Shown: piece by piece, positions 36,220-45,251 of the stretch
Layout of the letters: every line of letters starts with the position of its first letter
Position numbering within the stretch: position 1 is the first letter of the stretch
IMG/VR virus record: IMGVR_UViG_3300025154_000110
Location: 1 to 58,652 of that record
DNA: 58,652 bases
Reading direction: 5' to 3' (one strand)
Source: a virus
Lineage: Duplodnaviria; Caudoviricetes
Position numbers and translations under genes: made by a program
Notes under the pieces: model-generated
Database searches by the model: none
Told to the model about the DNA's origin: nothing
Seen by the model: only the letters and a program-made list of their open reading frames with translations

Positions 36220-38513
36220 TGTTTACCACCCTGACCAGGACCATGGACGAAAGCAAGGTGCCGGTGATCATCGACCAAGGCGCCGATGCAACACGGGCGA
36301 ACTCTGACGCTCTGGCCAATGTCCTGGAAGAGATCCGGAACCAGCCGTCATGGCGTGGCCGGGCCGACAAGGAGATGGACTACAAGGATGGCAACCAACT
36401 GGATGCCGATATCCTGCAGCGCCAGCAGGCGATAGGGATACCGCCGGCCATCGAGCCGCTGATTGGCGCGACGATTGACGATATCCTGGGCATGGAGGCG
36501 AAGAACCGCACTGACTGGCAGGTGTTGCCGGATGGTGACGAGAGCGCTGAGGAAGTAGCCGAAGGGTTAAACCACAAGCTCAACAAGGCAGAAAAGAAAT
36601 CGGGCGCGGATCATGCCTGCTCCGAAGCTTACGAAAGTCAGGTATCGGTTGGTATCGGTTGGGTTGAGGTTGCCAAAGAGCAGGACCCATTCAAATTCCC
36701 GTACCGGTGTGAGGCTGTCCACCGCAATGAAATCTGGTGGGATTGGACCGATAAGAGAAAAGACATTTCAGCGGCCCGCTGGCTATTGCGCCGGAAATGG
36801 TCCGATGTAGACATTGCCGCGCTCATGTTCCCTGACAAGGCGGAGCTTATCCGCCGGGTTGGCAATAACTGGGGCGGCACGGATATCACGGAGCTGATCA
36901 GCGAAGGCGGAACAAGTACCGACCTGGCCATGGAATACGAAGCAGAGCGCGGCTGGTCGGTCGAAGAGCAGGAATGGCGCGACCTGATGAACCGGCGCGT
37001 CTGTCTTTTTGAGCTGTGGTATCGTCAGTTCATGCGGGCGGAAATCCTGATGGCTCCTGGCGGAAGGGTAATCGAGTTCAACCGGAAAGACCAATGGCAC
37101 ATGGAAGCCGCACGGTTCGGGAAAGGCTACAAGGTTGTCGAGGCGGTGATCGGAAAGGTTCGGCTGGCGTGGTTCCTCGGGCCTCATTTGCTTATGGACA
37201 TGCCTAGCCCTTACCGACATAACCGGTTCCCTTATATTCCGTTCTGGGGCAAGAAAGAGGACCGGACCGGCGTGCCTTATGGCCTGATTCGCGGCATGAT
37301 GTACCTGCAGGACGAGATCAACGCCCGAATCAGCAAGATGCAGTGGGGCCTGGCCGCGGTTCGGACGATCCGGACGAAAGGTGCCGTGCTGATGGATGAC
37401 GCGACTTTCCGGAACGAGGTTGCGCGGCCGGATGCGGATATCCTCCTGGACGCCCAGGCGATGCAGCAAAAGGGTATTTTCAAGATCGAGCGAGATTTCC
37501 AGTTGAGCGAGCAGCAGGCCCGCCGGCTGGAAGATGCCCGTGAAGCGATCAAGCGCGTTGGCCGGGTAACGGATGCCTTCACCGGAAACGATCCGAAAGG
37601 GCAGTCCGGCGTTGCGCTTTCTCAGTTGGTTGAGCAGTCGGTCCAATCCCTGGCCGACATGAACGACAATTTCCAGTACGGCCGGGCGCTGGTTGGAGAT
37701 ACCCTGTTGAGCCTGATCCTTGAGGACATGAAGGGCAACGAGGAATCAATCTTCATCGAGGGCGACACGATCCAGCAGGCCAAGACCATCAAGCTGAACG
37801 TCCCGACCGTGGACCAAATTACCGGAGTTGAATACCTGAACAACGACACGGAGCGCGTGAAGCTGAAGGTGGAACTGGCCGATGTGCCGACCACTCCGAG
37901 TTTCAGGACTCAGCAGCTCGCCAGTATCTCGGAAGTGTTCAAGTCGATGCCGGCGAACTTCCAAAGCGTGACCCTGCCCTATGTTCTGGACCTGATGACC
38001 ATCCCGCACAAGAAAGAGATCATCGAGGCAATCAGGTCAATGAGCCAACAGGCTACGCCTGAACAGATCGAACAGCAGATCAAGGATGCAGTTGAGAAGG
38101 CGCTGGCCCTGAAGGGCTTTGAGGTCAAGAATCGGGAACTGGATATCAAAGAGCGCGAGACCGACGCCCGGATAAAGAAGCTGGTCCAGGAGACCGTGAG
38201 CCAGGCCATTGACGCCATCTACTCAGCCACGCAGGCCGGGAAAGAGATTGCGGTTGCGCCGGGTGTTGCACCGATTGCTGATCAGGTGTTGAGGTCGGCG
38301 GGGTTCGAGGACCAGGACCAAGCGCCGATAGTGGCCGGGCCTGCAGGAGTCGTGCCGGGCATTGCGCCCCCTGCTCCTCGGCAGAATACATCTCCGATGT
38401 TTCCACCAAGAGCGACGGAGCCGGGGACCCCTCCTCCTGGAATTCCCACCCCGGCTCCGGCCGCTCCCCTAGACGGCATGAACGCCGGAATAGAAGCGCA
38501 GGGGGTTGAGTGA
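36219..38513 (+). CDS. Portal protein (podophage type)
   Basis: WR..ADKEMDYKDGNQL, GIGWVEV, FPYIPFWG, PYGL.RGM...QD..N, SGVA; follows TerL. Confidence 0.9.
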   Translation: MFTTLTRTMDESKVPVIIDQGADATRANSDALANVLEEIRNQPSWRGRADKEMDYKDGNQLDADILQRQQAIGIPPAIEPLIGATIDDILGMEAKNRTDWQVLPDGDESAEEVAEGLNHKLNKAEKKSGADHACSEAYESQVSVGIGWVEVAKEQDPFKFPYRCEAVHRNEIWWDWTDKRKDISAARWLLRRKWSDVDIAALMFPDKAELIRRVGNNWGGTDITELISEGGTSTDLAMEYEAERGWSVEEQEWRDLMNRRVCLFELWYRQFMRAEILMAPGGRVIEFNRKDQWHMEAARFGKGYKVVEAVIGKVRLAWFLGPHLLMDMPSPYRHNRFPYIPFWGKKEDRTGVPYGLIRGMMYLQDEINARISKMQWGLAAVRTIRTKGAVLMDDATFRNEVARPDADILLDAQAMQQKGIFKIERDFQLSEQQARRLEDAREAIKRVGRVTDAFTGNDPKGQSGVALSQLVEQSVQSLADMNDNFQYGRALVGDTLLSLILEDMKGNEESIFIEGDTIQQAKTIKLNVPTVDQITGVEYLNNDTERVKLKVELADVPTTPSFRTQQLASISEVFKSMPANFQSVTLPYVLDLMTIPHKKEIIEAIRSMSQQATPEQIEQQIKDAVEKALALKGFEVKNRELDIKERETDARIKKLVQETVSQAIDAIYSATQAGKEIAVAPGVAPIADQVLRSAGFEDQDQAPIVAGPAGVVPGIAPPAPRQNTSPMFPPRATEPGTPPPGIPTPAPAAPLDGMNAGIEAQGVE

Positions 38514-38869
38514 TGGCATTAGAAATATTCAGGAGAGGCGATATTGTCACGGTTGGGAGAGACCCCCGCTATTCTAATGACAAGTTCATTATTGGAAACG
38601 GGACGGAACAGCTTAGCCCGCTGAAACCGGGGCAACGGTTCAGAGTTATCGAGGATGGAACAATTGACAGCGTTGAGGTCGAGCAGATTGGTGACGTAGA
38701 TTGGTACGGGACCGCTTACGCTGATGTAGACAGTTTCATCGTAGCGAATATTTGCCCACTCGACTGCGGCGGGACGATATGCGCACTGGCTAGGAACAGA
38801 AAGGGCGACAGGGAATCGTTTTACCTAATGTACAAAGGCCGAGAAGTACGGCCATTCAGGGGAAATTGA
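38510..38869 (+). CDS. Hypothetical protein
   Basis: Coupled to the portal stop; lower GC. Confidence 0.55.
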   Translation: MMALEIFRRGDIVTVGRDPRYSNDKFIIGNGTEQLSPLKPGQRFRVIEDGTIDSVEVEQIGDVDWYGTAYADVDSFIVANICPLDCGGTICALARNRKGDRESFYLMYKGREVRPFRGN

Positions 38870-38881
38870 AGGGAGAGGGAA

Positions 38882-39448
38882 ATGATTACGCGGAAATTTA
38901 CAAAGTTTGTTGGACCTGATGTCAGCGAAGAGTCTGCATTGAATGTGGTTGCATGGAACGGACTTACACACGCAGTATTGCGTGGCAATGGCGACTTCGG
39001 GATTCTTGACGAGGTTGAAATAGAAATAAACGTGAGAAAAAAGGCAGCCAGCGGGGGATCGTGTGCCGAACAGCCGAAAGCCAGCCAGAACGATTACCTG
39101 TACTTGCTCGAAAAAATTGAAAACCTGAAGGATAATCGTGTCCCACGTCGCGAGTTTGAACAGTACAAGCACGACACGGAAATGCAGATCGAGCGGCTAA
39201 AGCATGTGGTCAGCACGCTGGAGGGTAAGGTCGAAAGAGAATCAATCCTTCCAAAAGGACCGCCGGCCCCGATCTTCATGGTTGACTGCTCGCAGATTGA
39301 CCACGGGAAAAGAAAGGAAAAATTCGAGAAATGCAGAAAGAGAATGGCCGACCTATTGCCAGGGATAGAGGGCACAAGCCATTTCCGCATAGGTGTTGAG
39401 GCCGCCTTGGGAATCTTCCTTGAGGAATACGGAGACGGCCAGAAATGA
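38882..39448 (+). CDS. Hypothetical protein
   Basis: GGAGAGGG SD. Confidence 0.6.
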   Translation: MITRKFTKFVGPDVSEESALNVVAWNGLTHAVLRGNGDFGILDEVEIEINVRKKAASGGSCAEQPKASQNDYLYLLEKIENLKDNRVPRREFEQYKHDTEMQIERLKHVVSTLEGKVERESILPKGPPAPIFMVDCSQIDHGKRKEKFEKCRKRMADLLPGIEGTSHFRIGVEAALGIFLEEYGDGQK

Positions 39449-39633
39449 AATACGACTACGAGTGCATCAAATGCCGCAAGGTAACGGAGCATGAGTGCAA
39501 GCTGGCCGACAAGCCAAAGAGCCTCGAATGCCCGGAGTGCAAAGGCACAGCCTGGCCGGTGATTTTGACCACAGTTTCAAACCACTTCCCGCAGGGAAGA
39601 TGCAAGGGCGGCTATTTCCGTCCAAACTTTTAA
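39445..39633 (+). CDS. FmdB-like zinc-ribbon protein
   Basis: YDYECIKC...LECPEC. Confidence 0.75.
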   Translation: MKYDYECIKCRKVTEHECKLADKPKSLECPECKGTAWPVILTTVSNHFPQGRCKGGYFRPNF

Positions 39634-39646
39634 CAAGGAGTATGCA

Positions 39647-41029
39647 ATGAAAAAGAATGTGTTTGGCCTGCGAGGAGTAGCCATTTTCGCGGCCCTGGTG
39701 CTGCTGGTTGCCGGGTTTTCTATTCCGGCCTTTGCCGACTACTGGGTAACTTATTCCGGGACCGGTGCGAAAGGACCGATCAGGATTGGCCAGGATGTTG
39801 AGTGGGCAACTGGTGATACCAAGATTGTCAGCGAAGAGGTGATCGGCTGGTACAACGAGAATTCTTCCGTCTTCACTGTGACCGAGGTTACGGCGACAGG
39901 AGCGGAACTGAACAAGCTGGACGGGTTCACTGGGGCTTATACCGATCTGAACGTGATCGATATCACCACCCTTGGAACGGCCCAGGCCAGTAAGGCGCTC
40001 AGTTCCGACGCCAACCTAGACACCACCACAGTACGAAACTTCACCGCGACCGGAACGGTGCAGGCCGAGCAACTGACCAGTACCGATGATATCACAGCCA
40101 CTGATCTGGTGCAGGGCGCAGATGTCACCGCAACCGACGACGTGACGGCAGGAGACGACCTGACCGTTGTCGGTGCCGCTGCCATAGGCGAGACGCTGAC
40201 CGTGACCGGAGCCGTGTCTACAAGCAATGATGTTACGGTTGCCTCGGAGGCTACCGGCGGCAATGCCGGTGCCAGGAATAAGATCGTCGGCCTGCCCGGG
40301 CTCAAACTGAAGTCCATGGGCACGATGGTAAACGGGACCACGGAGACCATCGCCTATATCGACGCCACCCCAACCGGCGAATGGGCGGAAGTGGATGCCG
40401 GGACGAACGTGGCCATTACCGCAGACACCACCTATTACCGGGATGTGACCAACTCGGTCAAAATCGCCTTCGGCGCCACTGCTGTTGAGAATGACGGAGT
40501 GGACGGGACCATTACCCAGGACGACCTGAGCGGTAATGGCCACGTAGGATTTTGGTTGATGACTGACAAGGCCACGGCTTCCGGCGACCTGGATTTGACC
40601 ATTGATGACACCGACGGAACAGATCAAGCTTATGTTCTTCCGGCCACCGCTGCCGGCGTGTGGGAGTGGGTCGAACTGGATGTCTCCGGGTGTGATGCCA
40701 ACTGTAACACTGCCGACGGTATCCAAGTCCTGTTGACTGCGCAGGGGGCTGCCGCTTTCGGCGTGGCCACCGGCGAGACGCTGAATGTCTATCTGGACGC
40801 TATGTACAAGTGGGATGCGGACAATGAAGAGGCCCTCGGGTCCGCCATCGTTCAAGATGGTGTCTTGTCTGTCGCCAAGGTTGTTGTGGCGCAGGACCAG
40901 GTAAACACGCCTGTTGATCTGGCCGAGTACACCGACTATTTCGTGCATTACGAGAGCGGAGTTGACTTCATCGTGACGGTTTCCGATCAGTCGGCCGCCG
41001 CCGGTATCGCCTTGATCGCTACCGAGTAA
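39647..41029 (+). CDS. Signal-peptide-bearing head fibre/decoration-like protein
   Basis: 30-aa leader ending IPAFA; ATGAELNKLDG fibre motif; DVTATDDVTAGDDLTV beta repeats; C-terminal beta-sandwich. Confidence 0.7.
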   Translation: MKKNVFGLRGVAIFAALVLLVAGFSIPAFADYWVTYSGTGAKGPIRIGQDVEWATGDTKIVSEEVIGWYNENSSVFTVTEVTATGAELNKLDGFTGAYTDLNVIDITTLGTAQASKALSSDANLDTTTVRNFTATGTVQAEQLTSTDDITATDLVQGADVTATDDVTAGDDLTVVGAAAIGETLTVTGAVSTSNDVTVASEATGGNAGARNKIVGLPGLKLKSMGTMVNGTTETIAYIDATPTGEWAEVDAGTNVAITADTTYYRDVTNSVKIAFGATAVENDGVDGTITQDDLSGNGHVGFWLMTDKATASGDLDLTIDDTDGTDQAYVLPATAAGVWEWVELDVSGCDANCNTADGIQVLLTAQGAAAFGVATGETLNVYLDAMYKWDADNEEALGSAIVQDGVLSVAKVVVAQDQVNTPVDLAEYTDYFVHYESGVDFIVTVSDQSAAAGIALIATE

Positions 41030-41175
41030 TGAAGGAAGTAGAGGCCCGCCAGCTCGCGGCAGAGATCCGGGAGCTGTGCAAGAAACATGGGGTTTGGCTC
41101 ATCATCGAGGAAGAGCACAAGCCCGCCCTGGCCATGATCAGGGTCAAGGAAATCAGTATCAAGGTGGACAAGTAG
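41029..41175 (+). CDS. 48-aa protein (not in ORF track)
   Basis: TAATG coupling; MKEVEARQLAAEIRELCKKHGVWLIIEEEHKP...ISIKVDK. Confidence 0.6.
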   Translation: MKEVEARQLAAEIRELCKKHGVWLIIEEEHKPALAMIRVKEISIKVDK

Positions 41176-41177
41176 CC

Positions 41178-41390
41178 ATGGCCCTGAAGAAGGTAAGCAT
41201 AAAGGGCGAATCGATATTTGTTGGGCAGGGATATGGGCCTACAGTGCGAATATCCGTGCCGGCAAATTCAGAATACGATTTCAAGAGAAAGGAAACCTTT
41301 ATCGACCTTCCCCTTATGGACAAGGAGGACCTCGAAAACTGGATATCCGCGCTGATGGAAATGAGGGTACTGTTTGAGGAAACATCATGA
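41178..41390 (+). CDS. Small hypothetical protein
   Basis: MALKKVSIKG start after GGTGG. Confidence 0.55.
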   Translation: MALKKVSIKGESIFVGQGYGPTVRISVPANSEYDFKRKETFIDLPLMDKEDLENWISALMEMRVLFEETS

Positions 41391-41433
41391 CTTAGCTTGA
41401 CATGACATAACTATAACCGGACGACCACCAAAT

Positions 41434-41487
41434 AGGGGCGGCGGATTCTCACTCCACACGGAGAGGAATCTTGCCGCCCTTTTTTTT
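41434..41487 (+). terminator. Long terminator/attenuator hairpin before the scaffold gene
   Basis: GGGCGGCGGATTC...GAATCTTGCCGCCC then T8. Confidence 0.75.
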
Positions 41488-41516
41488 ATTGTACCGAGAC
41501 ACCCTAGCGGAAGCAG

Positions 41517-41585
41517 CCCCGGGCGAGATCGGGGAAGGGGTAAATCAAAATAAATTGCGGCTACAGGCGAGATTGTAGCAGGAGG
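41517..41585 (+). promoter_or_regulatory. Twin GCGAGA-loop hairpins abutting the scaffold SD
   Basis: CCCCGG-GCGAGA-TCGGGG and GCTACAG-GCGAGA-TTGTAGC then AGGAGG. Confidence 0.6.
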
Positions 41586-41591
41586 CAAAGG

Positions 41592-42599
41592 ATGGCAACA
41601 GCAGCAGAGTTTTTGGAGCAGAACCAGCAGGACGGGATGATCTCCCCCGAAAAGATGGAAGAACTTCTTTCAGGAGGCTTTGAATTTGAAGGCCACGGGA
41701 AAGACCCTGACGCCAAGGATGAGCCGGAAGTGAAGGCCGAGTCTGAAAAGGCAGCGCCGGAAGCGGCGGAAGAGCCGGAAGCAAAGCCGGTGATCATGGC
41801 CAAGGATGGAGTCCATACCATCGAGTACGAGAAACTGGAGGAAGCCCGCCAGGAAGCGCAAGAGGCGAAAGCCCAACTCGCAGCCCTGACGCAGCAGAAT
41901 CAGGAGATGGCCGGAAAGTTGGCAACGCTCGAAGAACAGTTTGCCGCGGCACAGAAGGTCGATGTCAAGACCGGGACCGACGACGCAACCAGGCAGCTTA
42001 TTGAAGAGGCCCGGGAGATGGAGCCGGAGTTGGTCAAGGCGTTTGAAGCGATGCAGGCGGCCGAAAGGGCGACCTACAAAGCCGAACTGGACGCCCGCGA
42101 CCAGAAGATTGCTGCACTGACCACGAAGGTCGAGTCCGAACTGGAGCCGATCAAGGCGGCCAAGCAGGGGTTGGATGTTGAGAAGCATTTCTCTTCCATC
42201 CGCCAGGATGTTCCTGAGTTCGACGCGATCATGGCCGGCGAGGACCTGGCCAAGTTTGTCGAGAGTAAGCCGTCCTTTGTACGCAACGGATATGTCGACG
42301 TGCTGCAGCGCGGCACAGCGGCGCAGGTAGTAGAGCTGATGAACGACTTCAAGGGGTCGACCTTTTACAAGCCGCCCGCAGGCGAGACAGCGGGAAAGGT
42401 AAAGCCTGAGAAGGAGATAGAGGTAAAGAAGTCCCCTCCTGTCAGCCTGTCAGAGATGCCGGCCGGGACCCAGGCGCACGGCGACCCCGCCGACGCCCTG
42501 GCGAACAGTTCCGGAATCGGAATCCTGTCGGCGCTGGAGGGTAAATCCAAAGAAGAAGTAGACCGGCTCGTTAACCGGGCACTCCGGATGAAGGTGTAA
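41592..42599 (+). CDS. Head scaffolding protein
   Basis: Acidic coiled coil, AKDGVHTIEYEKLEEAR; directly before the MCP gene. Confidence 0.8.
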   Translation: MATAAEFLEQNQQDGMISPEKMEELLSGGFEFEGHGKDPDAKDEPEVKAESEKAAPEAAEEPEAKPVIMAKDGVHTIEYEKLEEARQEAQEAKAQLAALTQQNQEMAGKLATLEEQFAAAQKVDVKTGTDDATRQLIEEAREMEPELVKAFEAMQAAERATYKAELDARDQKIAALTTKVESELEPIKAAKQGLDVEKHFSSIRQDVPEFDAIMAGEDLAKFVESKPSFVRNGYVDVLQRGTAAQVVELMNDFKGSTFYKPPAGETAGKVKPEKEIEVKKSPPVSLSEMPAGTQAHGDPADALANSSGIGILSALEGKSKEEVDRLVNRALRMKV

Positions 42600-42627
42600 C
42601 CCACCACAAAATCAAGAGGTAAGAACC

Positions 42628-43902
42628 ATGACTCATATCCCTTCAGGCAGCGCGCTGGCCAACACCATCAAAAGCGCCGGCCTTTTCGTAAACTGTATGC
42701 AGCGGCCCACCCTGATGAACAGGCTGGCCGGACCGATGCCCCTCCAGAAGGACGCCGAGGGCCACCTGCGCCTGCAGTCGTCCACAGATTACCCCATCGT
42801 TCGTTGCCGGGACCTGTCAAAGAAGGCCACCGATGAAATTTCCTTCGACCTGTTCAACATCATCGGCGGGAAGCCGGCGATGGGCGACACGAAGATCGAG
42901 GGTTACGGCGAGGCCATGACCGGGACCACCGACTCGCTGAAGATCAACCAGTACCGCAAGGCAATCACCGCCGGCGGGAAAATGACCCAGCAGCGGACCC
43001 CATGGGAGCTTGACAAACTGGCCAAGGCGCAGGCGGAAAGCTACATGATGCGCCTGAACGACCAGCTTCCCCTGGTCCACCTGGCCGGTGCCCGTGGTGA
43101 TGCGTACAGCATTGAGTGGGCAATCCCGCTCGCTTCTGATCCCGACTTCGCTTCGATCCTGATCAATACCCTCCGTGCCCCGACCCGCAACCGGCATTTC
43201 ATGTCTACCGGTTCCGGCATTGAGCAGATCGCGGCCGGCGGCAATGAAATCACCATTGCCACAACCGACGTGATGAACACGGACGTGCTGGACGAGATCC
43301 GGATGTATGTGGATGGCATGTCCCTCCCCATGCCCCCGGTGAAATTTGACGGCGACTCGGCGGCGGAAGACTCTCCCCTGCGTGTGCTCATGGTATCGAG
43401 CGAGCAGTACGGAAGCATCAAGAGGTCAACCAACTTCAGGGCACTGCAGGCGCAGGCATATGCTCGCGCCTCCCAGGCGAAGAACCACCCGCTTTTCTTG
43501 GGTGATGCGGCGATGTGGGAAAACATCTTGATCGTCAGGATGCCCAAGCCCATCCGCTTCAACTCCGGGACCGCTATCAACTGGTGTGCACTGACAACCT
43601 CGACCACCGAGACCACCACCGACCTCGTGCCGGCAGCGTTCAGCACCACGCACGCTGTTGACCGGGCGCTGCTGCTTGGCGGCCAGGCATTGGCCCAGGC
43701 GTTCGGAAAGGACACCAGGACCTCCAACCCGTTCTTCTGGTCTGAGAAGTGGCTGGATCATGACAACGAGTTCGAGGTCGCCATCGGCATGGTCGCTGGT
43801 AACAGCAAGATCCGCTTCCTGGTCGATCACGGCGATTCGTCCCAGTACACGGACTACGGTGTCATGGCCATTGACTCGGCCATCGCCCTGGCTGGTCGGT
43901 AA
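42628..43902 (+). CDS. Major capsid protein (N4-gp56/DUF4043 family)
   Basis: PIVRCRDLSK..DEISFDL, GGKMTQQRT, VHLAGARG, HPLF.G, RALLLGGQAL, DYGV..ID. Confidence 0.92.
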   Translation: MTHIPSGSALANTIKSAGLFVNCMQRPTLMNRLAGPMPLQKDAEGHLRLQSSTDYPIVRCRDLSKKATDEISFDLFNIIGGKPAMGDTKIEGYGEAMTGTTDSLKINQYRKAITAGGKMTQQRTPWELDKLAKAQAESYMMRLNDQLPLVHLAGARGDAYSIEWAIPLASDPDFASILINTLRAPTRNRHFMSTGSGIEQIAAGGNEITIATTDVMNTDVLDEIRMYVDGMSLPMPPVKFDGDSAAEDSPLRVLMVSSEQYGSIKRSTNFRALQAQAYARASQAKNHPLFLGDAAMWENILIVRMPKPIRFNSGTAINWCALTTSTTETTTDLVPAAFSTTHAVDRALLLGGQALAQAFGKDTRTSNPFFWSEKWLDHDNEFEVAIGMVAGNSKIRFLVDHGDSSQYTDYGVMAIDSAIALAGR

Positions 43903-43959
43903 TAAAAACAGGGCGGTCCTTATGACGCCCTGAAATTTCAACCTCAAGAGGTACACAAA

Positions 43960-44439
43960 ATGGCAACTGCTACCAAAAAATATCTCCGCCAGGCTTTGAT
44001 CAAGAGCGGAGGGGCATACGGCAACCTGTCGGTTCTGCCGTTTAAGTTCGAAACCACCGCCGCCGGGATCTGCACTGATTCCGACCTGACAACCGCTGTT
44101 GTGAATGGGACCGTTGTACGGCTCGGCATCCTGCCGGCCGGCGCGACCCTGTATGACGGGAACCTGATCGTCAGCAACGCAACCACCAACGCCTGCACGA
44201 TGAAGGTCGGTTTTCAGTATGTGGACGGCGTTGATTCTTCTGCCGTGCCCCAGGATGACGACTTCTTCCTGGCGGCATCCGCGATCAATGCCACCGGCCT
44301 GACCAGGAAATCGGCCGGCTTTGCTCCGGTGAAACTGCCGAAAGAGGCTTACCTGATCGGCACCGTTGAAGGCGCTGATATTGGCGATGCGAGCGCGTTG
44401 GAGTTCGACGTGATTTGCAACCTGGCAGGCCCGGCGTAA
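43960..44439 (+). CDS. Capsid decoration/cement protein
   Basis: YGNLSVLPF...VRLGILPAG...GFQYVDGVD; follows the MCP gene. Confidence 0.7.
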   Translation: MATATKKYLRQALIKSGGAYGNLSVLPFKFETTAAGICTDSDLTTAVVNGTVVRLGILPAGATLYDGNLIVSNATTNACTMKVGFQYVDGVDSSAVPQDDDFFLAASAINATGLTRKSAGFAPVKLPKEAYLIGTVEGADIGDASALEFDVICNLAGPA

Positions 44440-44461
44440 GCAAGAAGCGGCCTGGACGACC

Positions 44462-44497
44462 AATCCTGCGGGGGAATAACTCTCCCGCAGGATTTTA
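44462..44497 (+). terminator. Intrinsic terminator after the capsid genes
   Basis: AATCCTGCGGGGGA / TCTCCCGCAGGATT then TT. Confidence 0.7.
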
Positions 44498-44519
44498 ACC
44501 AAAACGGGGAGGTAAGTCA

Positions 44520-45251
44520 GTGCAACGAAAAGCGATAGCGATGATCTGTCACAGCGCGATTATGGCGCTCCGGTCCGTCCGGGGAATGGATGTCAAGGCG
44601 TGGGATAAAGAGCCGGCCGACAAGCAGGAAAGGTATGTCGCCGGGGTCAACGAGGAGGCGGAAGGCAATCTCCCAACCCTTGAGGAAAGCCACGACTCAT
44701 GGCGGGCCAGGCTGCCGGAAGAACACCCGGAAAAGGGCATCACCTGGGACCAGCTTGACGACCCGGAAAAGGCGGAGCGGGCCATCTTCTCCTACGTTGT
44801 CGCAGCCTGCAACAAGGTCCAGGGCGCCGTGACCATCGTCAAAGACACCGAAAACAACGAGATTCCGACCGAAGCGGTCAAGTACATCGGCCACCGCGCT
44901 TCTTACCGGGACGGCGTGTATGGCACGAATATCACCTGGCAGAAGGGCGAGACGATTCTTGTCCAGGCCAGCAAGGCGCACCTGATGTTTCGGCATAAGG
45001 ATGTCTGGGTGATGGGCGACAAGGCCGACGCTAGGGCACCGGACGTTGACCCGCTCGCCACCGACAAAGAACAGCGTGCCCAAGAAGACAGGATCCAGGA
45101 CGCCCGCGACCAGCTTACCAGGATGGACAAGGACGCCATGGTTAAGTTTGCCACCCATTATTTCCCCGGGCAGAAGTTCCACCCAAACCTCGGGCCGGAG
45201 AAAATGCGGGCGCAGCTTGACAAGATGATCGACCAGTTTGGGCTCATCTGA
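44520..45251 (+). CDS. Virion-associated protein with N-terminal RyR-like domain
   Basis: IAMICH...AW...EESHDSW...HP...WDQL pattern; C-terminal VKYIG.R...D..YGT...W..GET..V. Confidence 0.6.
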   Translation: MQRKAIAMICHSAIMALRSVRGMDVKAWDKEPADKQERYVAGVNEEAEGNLPTLEESHDSWRARLPEEHPEKGITWDQLDDPEKAERAIFSYVVAACNKVQGAVTIVKDTENNEIPTEAVKYIGHRASYRDGVYGTNITWQKGETILVQASKAHLMFRHKDVWVMGDKADARAPDVDPLATDKEQRAQEDRIQDARDQLTRMDKDAMVKFATHYFPGQKFHPNLGPEKMRAQLDKMIDQFGLI

